A DNA stretch of 40,887 nucleotides. Source: a virus (lineage: Duplodnaviria > Caudoviricetes). The DNA lies in IMG/VR virus record IMGVR_UViG_3300038492_000133, positions 1 through 40,887 of that record. One strand, given 5' to 3'. The notes under the pieces are model-generated. The model was given only the letters and a program-made list of their open reading frames with translations. It had not been told where the DNA came from and ran no database searches. Of the stretch, positions 17,745 to 26,350 are shown piece by piece. A program made the translations under genes and the position numbers. Each line of letters opens with the position of its first letter. Position 1 is the first letter of the stretch.

Positions 17745-17875
17745 AGTGGTTTTGGGATTGGTCGCTATGGTGCTGGCGAAAACGAAGCAACCCTCGTTTG
17801 TGTAAGTATCCGACCATGATCGGTTGGATGCTTGCTGAAGTTGACGAGCTGGAGTATTTACGTGAATCAGCTTGA
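17741..17875 (+). CDS. 44-aa Trp-rich small protein (not in ORF track)
   Basis: ATGA overlap; MKWFWDWSLWCWRKR...; fills the gap before the next gene. Confidence 0.4.
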   Translation: MKWFWDWSLWCWRKRSNPRLCKYPTMIGWMLAEVDELEYLRESA

Positions 17876-19325
17876 GGTTGCGCGCCAGCTCGCAGAGCGT
17901 CAGGACTATGATCGCTCGTACGTCATTACAGATCGAGCGCTAAGAAAAGACCCGAACAACTTCGAATGGCTCATGCTGATGAGCTATTTGATGCTGGAGA
18001 CCGAGAAGACGACGCTCGCCTACAGCCTGGGTAAGCGGGTGACACAGCTCAAGCCGAAAGAGCCAGGGGCGTGGATGAATCTGGGTTTGGCCGCGAGAGA
18101 TCTTCGCAGGGATGAGGAGTCTATACGGTACAACAAGCGCGGCTTGAAGTACGCGACCAATCCAAAGGTCAGGGCGAATCTACTCATCAACCTATCGTCT
18201 AGTCTGGTCGATATGGGCAGGTGGCGAGAGGCCGAGGGTTATTGCCGGGAAGCATTGGAGCTAAACCCAGACTCTATCAAGGCGCGTTGCAATCTCGGCT
18301 TCTGTCAATTGGCACAAAGACAGTGGGGGGACGGCTGGAAAAACTACCGCTACGTGTTGGGCCATGAGTGGCGGCCAAGATACCAGTACGACAGCGAGCC
18401 AGAGTGGGACGGTGAGGGTAGGGGCAATATCGTTCTTTACGGCGAGCAAGGCCTAGGCGATCAGATCAGCTTTGCATCCATGCTGCCCGACGCCATGCAA
18501 TGGGCAGAGGAGAATGACTCCCGCATCGTCCTCGACGTGTCCAACCGCCTGACAACGCTGTTGCAACGATCCTTTCCTGGTCTAAAGGTCTACGGAACTC
18601 AGGGGCAACACGCCGTCAGGTGGGATAAGGAAGACCGCAAAGTAGATTACTCACTGCCGATTGGACAGATTGGTGAGTACTTCAGAAATGCCGATTCAGA
18701 CTTTCCGGGAACGCCATATTTGAAGGCAGACCCGGATCGCGTCATTCAATGGCGCAGCTTGTTCGAGACGAAGAAAAAGCCCGTCATTGGCTTGGCCTGG
18801 AGTTCTGGAACCGTCAAGACGGGCTCGAAGTTCCGCAAGGTCACGCTCGAGCAGCTACTCCCGATACTGCGTTCTGTCGATGCGCATTGGGTGTCGCTGC
18901 AGTACAAGCCCGCAGCAAAAGAGATCGAGTCTTTCCGAGAACAGCACCCGGAAATCGACATTGTTGAGTACTCTCACGGAACGCTCAGCAATGACTACGA
19001 CGACACGGTTGCGATGATCGCTGCACTGGATCACGTCGTTGCCATGCACACGACGGCCAATCATGTATCGGGTGGGTTGGGCGTTCCCACTAGTGTTTTG
19101 GTACCCATGAATTCCCAATGGCGGTATGGGACCGGTGATGACTTTGTGTGGTGCAAGTCAGTCGAGATATTCCGCCAGACAAAGCGCGGCCGATGGGATG
19201 ACCCAATCCAACGGGTAGCGGAGAAGCTGAATGCACTGTTCCCCAGAGTACGCGAAGCAGCAGGAGAAGCTGCACGCAACCGGCGAATACGGAGTAACGG
19301 GGCAGAAGTACGGCCAGCTTGTTAG
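17862..19325 (+). CDS. TPR-repeat GT-B glycosyltransferase (GT9-like)
   Basis: N-terminal TPRs; EQGLGDQISFAS, IGLAWSSG, WVSLQY, LDHVV, HVSGGLG, WRYG. Confidence 0.88.
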   Translation: MNQLEVARQLAERQDYDRSYVITDRALRKDPNNFEWLMLMSYLMLETEKTTLAYSLGKRVTQLKPKEPGAWMNLGLAARDLRRDEESIRYNKRGLKYATNPKVRANLLINLSSSLVDMGRWREAEGYCREALELNPDSIKARCNLGFCQLAQRQWGDGWKNYRYVLGHEWRPRYQYDSEPEWDGEGRGNIVLYGEQGLGDQISFASMLPDAMQWAEENDSRIVLDVSNRLTTLLQRSFPGLKVYGTQGQHAVRWDKEDRKVDYSLPIGQIGEYFRNADSDFPGTPYLKADPDRVIQWRSLFETKKKPVIGLAWSSGTVKTGSKFRKVTLEQLLPILRSVDAHWVSLQYKPAAKEIESFREQHPEIDIVEYSHGTLSNDYDDTVAMIAALDHVVAMHTTANHVSGGLGVPTSVLVPMNSQWRYGTGDDFVWCKSVEIFRQTKRGRWDDPIQRVAEKLNALFPRVREAAGEAARNRRIRSNGAEVRPAC

Positions 19326-19755
19326 CGAGATCGTTGACCGCTACGAACTCGATACACTGCTTGACTATGGCTGTGGCAGCAATCTAAGCCTCACCAAGAC
19401 GCTCAAGCCTAATCGGGCGCTGAAGTATCAGGGCTATGACATCGGCGTTCCTGAGTACTCTGACGACCCCATGCCAGCGCAGATGGTGGCGTGCATCGAT
19501 GTTCTGGAGCACATCGAGCCCGAGCACCTAGAGGGTGTGATGGACCATCTGGAGGCTCTCACGGAGGTTTTGTTGTTTGCCTCGGTTCACATGGGGCCGG
19601 CTGGGAAGACGTTGGATGATGGCAGAAACGCCCATCTGACGCAGGAGCCCATGGATTGGTGGCTCCCTCTTTTCTTTGAAAGATTCGACATACAGACTGT
19701 GCAGAAGGTCAGTCCGGTCGAGTTTTTCGTTATTGCCAACGCCTTAGACATGTAG
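19231..19755 (+). CDS. Class I SAM-dependent methyltransferase
   Basis: LLDYGCGS, CIDVLEHIE. Confidence 0.88.
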   Translation: MHCSPEYAKQQEKLHATGEYGVTGQKYGQLVSEIVDRYELDTLLDYGCGSNLSLTKTLKPNRALKYQGYDIGVPEYSDDPMPAQMVACIDVLEHIEPEHLEGVMDHLEALTEVLLFASVHMGPAGKTLDDGRNAHLTQEPMDWWLPLFFERFDIQTVQKVSPVEFFVIANALDM

Positions 19756-19801
19756 GCATTGCTACTCCCGAGACCAGGGAACGGCTCTTTAGGGGAAATC
19801 A

Positions 19802-20572
19802 ATGCTAAACGTATATGTCGGGTACGACCCGAGAGAGGCGTGTGTCTATCACACGTTCTGCCAGTCGGTAATTGAGCACGCATCGGGGCCGGTTCGGTTT
19901 ATTCCGCTGCACAGACCGATGCTCGATGACTTCGACGGGCAGAGGGACGGCTCAAACGCCTTCATCTATTCGCGGTATCTGGTCCCGCATCTGCAGGGCT
20001 TCAGGGATTGGGCGATCTTTTTCGATGGCGACGGCCACGTCAACGCCGATGTCTACGAACTCTACGATTTGAGGGACCGCAAGTACGCGGTGCAAGTCGT
20101 CAAGCACGACTACGAGACGTGTTCTGACAGGAAGTACCTCGGTACACCTCTTGAGTCGGACAACATCGACTACCCGCGCAAGAACTGGTCGTCTCTGGTT
20201 CTTTGGAACTGTCGGCATCTGCAGAACAACATCCTGACGCCGACGAACGTTGCGGAGGCGACGGGTGAGTTTCTACATCGCTTCGGTTGGCTCAACGACT
20301 CTCAAATAGGCGAGCTACCCAGGGAATGGAACTGGCTTGAATGGGAGTACGAGCACAACCCCGATGCGAAGTTGGTTCACCACACGTTGGGCTCGCCTGG
20401 CTTTACCTACTATCAGGACACGCCATCCAGCAAGGACTGGAATGGCTATCTGCTGAATGCCCTGCACATGGAGGGCGAGCGGCAGGTGGAAATGGTGCGC
20501 AGGGCGCATTGGAACAAGCGGACTAATACATGGCAGTCATCACCAACTACGCAACTCTGCAAACAGCGGTAG
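19802..20572 (+). CDS. GT-A glycosyltransferase (GT8-like)
   Basis: VYVGYDPRE, SRYLVP, FDGD, YPRKNWSS, LPREWN, HHTLGSP. Confidence 0.88.
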   Translation: MLNVYVGYDPREACVYHTFCQSVIEHASGPVRFIPLHRPMLDDFDGQRDGSNAFIYSRYLVPHLQGFRDWAIFFDGDGHVNADVYELYDLRDRKYAVQVVKHDYETCSDRKYLGTPLESDNIDYPRKNWSSLVLWNCRHLQNNILTPTNVAEATGEFLHRFGWLNDSQIGELPREWNWLEWEYEHNPDAKLVHHTLGSPGFTYYQDTPSSKDWNGYLLNALHMEGERQVEMVRRAHWNKRTNTWQSSPTTQLCKQR

Positions 20573-21138
20573 CGGACTACCTTGCTCGTGACGATCTAAC
20601 GTCGTTTATTCCGAACTTCGTTCAGAACGCCGAGAATAAGATCTACCGCCGTGTGTTTGTGCGCGCAGAGGAAACGGCACTCAATGTGTCGATTAGCTCT
20701 GGTGTGGCCGCAGTTCCTGCCGACTTCAAGCGCATGAAGTTCGCGTACTTCGACGGTACTCCTGTAACGCGGTTGGTATGGGTGCCGATTGACAAGCTCT
20801 ACGAGGAATACCCCAACCGCTCGTCACAAACGACACCCAAGCTGATTTCAAGGGAGGGCTCAAACTTCGTGTTTGGGCCCGTGGCCAAGGACGGCACTTT
20901 GAAAGGCATCTACTACCAGAAGCTAGATCCGATACGGACGACGGACGACACCTGGTATGTAACGGATGCGCCTGAGGTTCTGTTGTACGGGTCGCTCATG
21001 GAAGCAGCACCGTTTCTGCAGAACGACGAGCGTATCCCCGCTTGGAAGCTAATGCTGGAAGACGGCATTCAGTCGTTGAAAGAGGAGGTCATGTTGGCCG
21101 AGCACTCGGCAGGCCCAAAGGCGGCTAGGCCGGGATGA
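20530..21138 (+). CDS. Head-to-tail adaptor
   Basis: NYATLQTAVADYLARDDL..IP.F..AE; LLYGSLMEAAPFL. Confidence 0.8.
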   Translation: MAVITNYATLQTAVADYLARDDLTSFIPNFVQNAENKIYRRVFVRAEETALNVSISSGVAAVPADFKRMKFAYFDGTPVTRLVWVPIDKLYEEYPNRSSQTTPKLISREGSNFVFGPVAKDGTLKGIYYQKLDPIRTTDDTWYVTDAPEVLLYGSLMEAAPFLQNDERIPAWKLMLEDGIQSLKEEVMLAEHSAGPKAARPG

Positions 21139-21578
21139 GTGAGGTTCGTCTCAACTTTCTGAACTGGCGGCCCGACCAAGAAGATGCAGCACACGACGGC
21201 CTGAACGTTGCTCAGAACGTCATACACGAACCGGAAGGCTATAAGCCCGTTCATCTGGGTTCGGCTGGTTCGTTTGCGACGACCGGCTCACTAGCGGCGA
21301 GCACGGGGACGATTCTCTCGATTGTCGCCAAACCCGTGGGCTCATTGGACGATTTGTTCTGCGCTTGGGTATCGAGCAACGGCAATCTCAATGTCGGCAT
21401 CAACGGCGTTACTGCCACGACCAGCTCTACGGGCTATCCGCCGGCGTTCTCGTCTCCCGCAGGCGGGGCTGTAACGGCGTTTGATGTCTGCGAGTTGAAT
21501 CAGCGCATCTTCTTTGTTGCTCGTGGAGACAATGCGGCCGGCTCCGTAATCAGCGTTTCTGGCTGGATGGACTTCTAA
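21135..21578 (+). CDS. Tail nozzle (gp10-like), N-terminal part
   Basis: FLNWRPDQ...AQNV....GYKP. Confidence 0.65.
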   Translation: MSEVRLNFLNWRPDQEDAAHDGLNVAQNVIHEPEGYKPVHLGSAGSFATTGSLAASTGTILSIVAKPVGSLDDLFCAWVSSNGNLNVGINGVTATTSSTGYPPAFSSPAGGAVTAFDVCELNQRIFFVARGDNAAGSVISVSGWMDF

Positions 21579-22093
21579 TGACAAAGCCATCCGTAGGACC
21601 AACAGGGGGCGCTTACACGGTGCCTTTTGGGACCGTTGCTGAGACGCGAGCACTAGCTTGTGCGCGTGTCAGAGACTTTGTGGTAATAGGCGGCACGCCA
21701 TCGTTTGGGGGTACAACCGATCACTTCTACACCATTCGTTGGTGTGCGATAGGCGACCCATCCGATTTTCCGCAGCCTAACACCGACGATGCGCGCTCCA
21801 AGCAGGCTGGCGAACAAACGTTCCCGTCTCGATTCGGGTTTGTGACGGCGATAGCGGGTAACGACTTCTTTGGCTACGTCTTTCAGGAGAACGCCATTTC
21901 CAAGATGACGTATATCGGCGGCGATACTGTATTTGCCTTTGACACTTTCGAGGAGGGTAGGGGGTGTGAGAGCCAGGGCGGCATCGTGCAGGTCGATGAC
22001 AAGGTGTTCTTCAGGTCGGACCGCGGCTACCACATGCTGGAGAACGACCAGATCACCGATATTGGTTATGGCCTCGTGGACGATTCGTTCTAA
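21578..22093 (+). CDS. Tail nozzle (gp10-like), middle part
   Basis: VRDFVV, IRWCAIGDP, VFQENAI, GRGCES, VFFRSDRG. Confidence 0.7.
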   Translation: MTKPSVGPTGGAYTVPFGTVAETRALACARVRDFVVIGGTPSFGGTTDHFYTIRWCAIGDPSDFPQPNTDDARSKQAGEQTFPSRFGFVTAIAGNDFFGYVFQENAISKMTYIGGDTVFAFDTFEEGRGCESQGGIVQVDDKVFFRSDRGYHMLENDQITDIGYGLVDDSF

Positions 22094-22632
22094 TGCCGAT
22101 CACCAATATAACCCAGGTGAATGTGGTAGCGAATCCGGCACGTAACCTCATCTTCTTTGAAGACGTAGAGCTTTGCTACAACTACCAGACCCGACAATGG
22201 ACAGAGCTACCGGCCTATGACGGCATTGGGTTCTTCAGCACGAACTCCCAATCAAGGGATATTGGGCTGGTCAGATTCTCTGCCGGATCGGTGGATTTGC
22301 AAGAGCAACTAAACACCTATCCAAAGCAGACGGGAACGCTGGAGACAGCGGCGACGGATTTGAACCGTGGTGGTAGGGCGGTTGTGAATCAGGTCCGACC
22401 GCTAGTCAATGGTGGCACCGTCGCTGTTCGAATTGGCGTGCAAGACGCTCTAGAAGATTCCGTGACCTACGCCACGGGAACCGCCGTCAATTCTAGAACC
22501 GGTATGTCGGGGTTGCGCGATGGCTCCAATACGCCTGAGGGCAGATACCAGCGCCTAGAGCTTGTCATTACCGGTGATTGGGAGACCGCATTAGGTGCCG
22601 ACGTTGATTTCGCCGAACAGGGTTCAGTGTGA
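22093..22632 (+). CDS. Tail nozzle (gp10-like), C-terminal part
   Basis: YNYQTRQWT, VRPLVNGG, GRYQRL. Confidence 0.65.
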   Translation: MPITNITQVNVVANPARNLIFFEDVELCYNYQTRQWTELPAYDGIGFFSTNSQSRDIGLVRFSAGSVDLQEQLNTYPKQTGTLETAATDLNRGGRAVVNQVRPLVNGGTVAVRIGVQDALEDSVTYATGTAVNSRTGMSGLRDGSNTPEGRYQRLELVITGDWETALGADVDFAEQGSV

Positions 22633-23023
22633 GGTCATAGGCCACTACTCGGAGACCGTTCCGATTATGTGGCCGGCTGTTGCGCCGCTGATACAGCGCG
22701 GTCTGGACGAGGGCTCGAATTACACGCTGGCCGAGATTCGCAACGGACTATTACGTGCCGACATGCAGTTGTGGACGGCAATCAGTGGCGGCAAGACGGT
22801 TGCGGCACTTGTCACGAGCATACAAAACAAAGGCAATAGGCGCTGGTGCTTGCTGCTGGCCATTGGTGGCGAGTGCATGGATGAATGGGTCGACGCGCTG
22901 TCGAGTCTTGAGGATTGGGCGCGCCTCAAGGGCTGTCAGGAAATGCGTATATACGGTCGTATCGGCTGGGCTAGGAAGCTCGGATACGACATCGAATGGA
23001 CGAAGATGAGCAGGAAGCTATGA
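22595..23023 (+). CDS. GNAT-like virion assembly protein
   Basis: LEDWARLKGC..MRIYGRIGWARKL; position before the ejection genes. Confidence 0.7.
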   Translation: MPTLISPNRVQCEVIGHYSETVPIMWPAVAPLIQRGLDEGSNYTLAEIRNGLLRADMQLWTAISGGKTVAALVTSIQNKGNRRWCLLLAIGGECMDEWVDALSSLEDWARLKGCQEMRIYGRIGWARKLGYDIEWTKMSRKL

Positions 23024-23709
23024 GTAGTGGTCCGAGTGACGTAACACAAACGACTAGGACGGAGCCCTCTCCGTTTCTTACGGGTCCGATATCGAGTGCA
23101 GCGGACGCTATTGGGCGGCCGAACGCGTTGAGCAATCAGGCCCTCACTAGCCTCTTCCAGCGCGGCATCACTGGCAGTCCGGTGATTAACGACGCAACGG
23201 ACCTAACACGCCAGACGCTTGCGGGGGATTTCCTGACGCCAGATTCGAACCCGTTCTTGCAGCAGACCTTTGATCGGGCCGCAGACCTCACGAGGACGCG
23301 CTTGTCGAGCGAGTTCGCGGGTTCTGGTAGAAACCTCAACGCCGCGCTTCCTGCCCGTTCTGAGGAGCTACAAACGCTTGCCTCAAACATCTTCGGCGGC
23401 AACTTCGCTCGTGAGAGGGCACTACAAGCGAACGCTGTCAATCAGTCGCTACCGTTGGGCAATCAGGACTTCACGAACATCCAGGCGCAGCTCGATGCCG
23501 CGAACTTCCCGACGGACAACCTGATTGACCGCATAGCAGCCCTTGCACCCGCTGCTGGTGGAACCGCTGTCAGCTCACAACCTCTGACCCGAAACAGAGC
23601 CACCGGCGCCTTGGGCGGCGCTCTGGCGGGTGCGCAGCTCGGCACCGTAATTCCCGGGCTAGGTCCCGGCATAGGCGCCCTTGGTGGCGGACTTCTGGGG
23701 CTGTTCTGA
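23020..23709 (+). CDS. Ejection/internal virion protein
   Basis: Gly-rich hydrophobic C-terminus; NPFL motif; position. Confidence 0.7.
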   Translation: MSSGPSDVTQTTRTEPSPFLTGPISSAADAIGRPNALSNQALTSLFQRGITGSPVINDATDLTRQTLAGDFLTPDSNPFLQQTFDRAADLTRTRLSSEFAGSGRNLNAALPARSEELQTLASNIFGGNFARERALQANAVNQSLPLGNQDFTNIQAQLDAANFPTDNLIDRIAALAPAAGGTAVSSQPLTRNRATGALGGALAGAQLGTVIPGLGPGIGALGGGLLGLF

Positions 23710-24830
23710 TGGCTAACTTTCTCGACATTATCCTGGGTCGCAATCTCGGCTCGTTCTTTACTCCGGGCATTAATCCCAACGCACCGCCTATTGGAGGCAA
23801 TGCACCATCTGGAAGTTTAGGCGCCGGCGGTGTCGGTCCCGCTGTTCCTCCGAGACCCACAGGCGTTGCGCCTGCCGCTGGCCTTCAGGCGTTCAATGAG
23901 CGCTTCAATGCGACCTCGCAAAGCCCGGCGTTCCAATTGGGCATGAATTTACTCGCCAACTCGGGGCCTTCGGTTGTGCCGCGTTCGTTCGGGCAGATCG
24001 TTGGGCAGTCAATAGGGCAGACGGCGCAGCAACAGCAAAGCCAGACGCTTGCGGATCTACAGCGCAAACTAATCGAGAGCCAGATTGGTCTGAACAGCGC
24101 GCGCTCGCAACAGACCCCCGACCAATTTGAAGTACTGTCAGAAGAGGAGAAATCAAGTCTCAATCTTGACCCTAAGAAGTCATTCAAGCGTAACGCCGCG
24201 ACTGGAGAAGTTAGTCAGATCGGTAGTTCCGGGATAACTGTCGATGCACGCAATTTCGGCAACATTCCTCAAGGTTTTGAACTTCAAGAGACGAACACTG
24301 GTGCGAGGCTGTCACCGATCCCGGGCGGCCCGGCTGCTAGAGAAATTGAGGAGCGTGAGCGACAACAAGAGGAACGACAAGCATCAGAGTCGAGTCAAGC
24401 CAATCTGATTACCCAGGAGATTGACCGAGCCATTACGGAAATTGATTCTGGTGGTCTCCCTGAAACTGGTTTTGGGTCGTTCCTCTCGGGTATTCCCGGA
24501 ACGGGCGCGCAGAAACTCTCCAATAACCTGAAGACCATACGAGCAAATATCGGTTTTCAGGAATTGCAGCAGATGCGAGAAAACTCTCCGACTGGTGGCG
24601 CGCTTGGCAATATCACAATTGGGGAAATCGAGAGGCTAGAAGCGATTGCAGGAAGCCTCGACCAGTCTCAGACATCCGACGAACTTAAGTTCAATCTGAA
24701 CCGGCTATGGAACGAAATGCAGGATGTGATCCATGGCCCGGGAAATGGCCCCTCGCGTCGAGCACTTCGAGAGGACGACGAATTCGCGGGATTCGCAATC
24801 GTTAGAGACAATGCCACAAACGACAGTTAA
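23709..24830 (+). CDS. Ejection/internal virion protein
   Basis: Q/G-rich; LQQMRENSPTGGALGN motif. Confidence 0.7.
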   Translation: MANFLDIILGRNLGSFFTPGINPNAPPIGGNAPSGSLGAGGVGPAVPPRPTGVAPAAGLQAFNERFNATSQSPAFQLGMNLLANSGPSVVPRSFGQIVGQSIGQTAQQQQSQTLADLQRKLIESQIGLNSARSQQTPDQFEVLSEEEKSSLNLDPKKSFKRNAATGEVSQIGSSGITVDARNFGNIPQGFELQETNTGARLSPIPGGPAAREIEERERQQEERQASESSQANLITQEIDRAITEIDSGGLPETGFGSFLSGIPGTGAQKLSNNLKTIRANIGFQELQQMRENSPTGGALGNITIGEIERLEAIAGSLDQSQTSDELKFNLNRLWNEMQDVIHGPGNGPSRRALREDDEFAGFAIVRDNATNDS

Positions 24831-26184
24831 CACGCCTAACGGGCAAATCACGGTCAGCCATCCTGAAGGCGCAACTGATGAGCAGATCTTGCGCTTTGCG
24901 AAGTCTCAGGTTGGTGCGGCCCCAAGTGCTAGTCCGCCCGCAGCTAGCGGAAACGACAGCTTCGTTTCGCGTCTGCCGCCGCACACGCAGTTGTTTCTCA
25001 GGGGCTTGGTTGGCACTGGCGAGGTAGCAGGCCAGTTGGGCTCCAGCATTGCCGCTGAGCACATAGCTGGATTGCGCGGTCTTGCAGCTACAGCTATTCC
25101 CGGCGGCATGTCTGGTCCCGAAGCCGTGAATCAGACGCGCGATGCTCTAACGTTTCAGCCGGGTTCGGAACAGGGTCAGGCGCTTGGTGGAGCAATATCT
25201 AAACCGTTCGCTGCACTGGAGGATCTTGCAGACAGGGCGGGAGAGAAGGCGGGCAATCCGATAGCCTCTACCGCGATAAAGACTTTGTTGCTTGGTGGTC
25301 CGACGCTTCTTGGGCTGCGTTCTGGTACTAGGGCCGCTGCTAGCAATGCCGTCCAGAAAGCACGCAACGTTCCACCTCCGGTTCCCACCGTCGCCGAGCT
25401 TTTTCAACGCGGTAATCAAGCATTCCGCAGAGTCGATGATGCCGGCGTAACTGTCAATGCCGAAAGCTCATTCCGACTTGCTGACAGAATCTCCGATAGG
25501 CTCATCAAAGAGGGGCTTGACGATGTAATTCACCCCGAGTCTAGTCAGGCAGTGCGACGCATACTCGAACGCACGGACGGTGAAATGAGCTTCCAGCAAT
25601 TGGACACGCTCAGGAAGATAGCGGCAGACGCGAGAAAATCACAAAAACCAGCGGACGCCAGACTCGCAGGTATTGTCGTCAAGGAGATAGATGAGTTTAT
25701 AGACAATCTCGATTCCTCAAGCGTTTCTGGTGGGAACGCGGGGGCCGCAGCTTCCGCCATTAAAGAGGCCAGGAGCCTATGGAGTCGTGCCCGCAAGGGC
25801 GAACAAATCGATGATCTAATCGATAGGGCTGGTGTTCGGGCTGGTCAATTCAGCGGATCCGGCTTCGAAAACGCTCTACGAACGGAGTTTAGGCAGCTAG
25901 CCCTCAACAAAAAGAAGATCAAGCTGTTCACCAACAAGGAGCGGGCGGCGATCCGTAAGGTTGCTATGGGCGGACCCGTTGGAAATACCCTTAGGGCATT
26001 GGGCAAGTTCGCGCCCAGAGGCGTTGTGTCAACTGCCGTAAGTGTTGGTGGTGGAAGCCTGCTAGGCGGACCGGTTGGTTCATTCCTGGTGCCGCTTCTC
26101 GGGGAGGCAGGAAGGGCCGGCGCAACCCGCGCAACAATAGCAAACGCGCGCCGCGCCTCAGAGGTTGTTAGGGCTGGTCGTTAG
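24811..26184 (+). CDS. Ejection/internal virion protein
   Basis: A/G-rich helical; PEGATDEQI N-terminus; SGFENALRTEFR. Confidence 0.7.
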   Translation: MPQTTVNTPNGQITVSHPEGATDEQILRFAKSQVGAAPSASPPAASGNDSFVSRLPPHTQLFLRGLVGTGEVAGQLGSSIAAEHIAGLRGLAATAIPGGMSGPEAVNQTRDALTFQPGSEQGQALGGAISKPFAALEDLADRAGEKAGNPIASTAIKTLLLGGPTLLGLRSGTRAAASNAVQKARNVPPPVPTVAELFQRGNQAFRRVDDAGVTVNAESSFRLADRISDRLIKEGLDDVIHPESSQAVRRILERTDGEMSFQQLDTLRKIAADARKSQKPADARLAGIVVKEIDEFIDNLDSSSVSGGNAGAAASAIKEARSLWSRARKGEQIDDLIDRAGVRAGQFSGSGFENALRTEFRQLALNKKKIKLFTNKERAAIRKVAMGGPVGNTLRALGKFAPRGVVSTAVSVGGGSLLGGPVGSFLVPLLGEAGRAGATRATIANARRASEVVRAGR

Positions 26185-26336
26185 GCGAGTTGGCCGGCGA
26201 TGTAATACGCGGCCACGTAGCTCACCAAAGAAATCGGAACGGCGAGCAGCGCGTATTGCGCACCCTTTCCCCGCTTCTTCCCGATGATGTAGCCGCCGAA
26301 GGCACACCAAGCCATTAGCGCGAATAACGGACCCAT
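26181..26336 (-). CDS. 51-aa two-TM membrane protein, superinfection-exclusion candidate (not in ORF track)
   Basis: MGPLFALMAWCAFGGYIIGKKRGKGAQYALLAVPISLVSYVAAYYIAGQLA; antisense, fills the gap after the ejection genes. Confidence 0.65.
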   Translation of the reverse strand: MGPLFALMAWCAFGGYIIGKKRGKGAQYALLAVPISLVSYVAAYYIAGQLA

Positions 26337-26350
26337 TTCGCAAGGATAGC

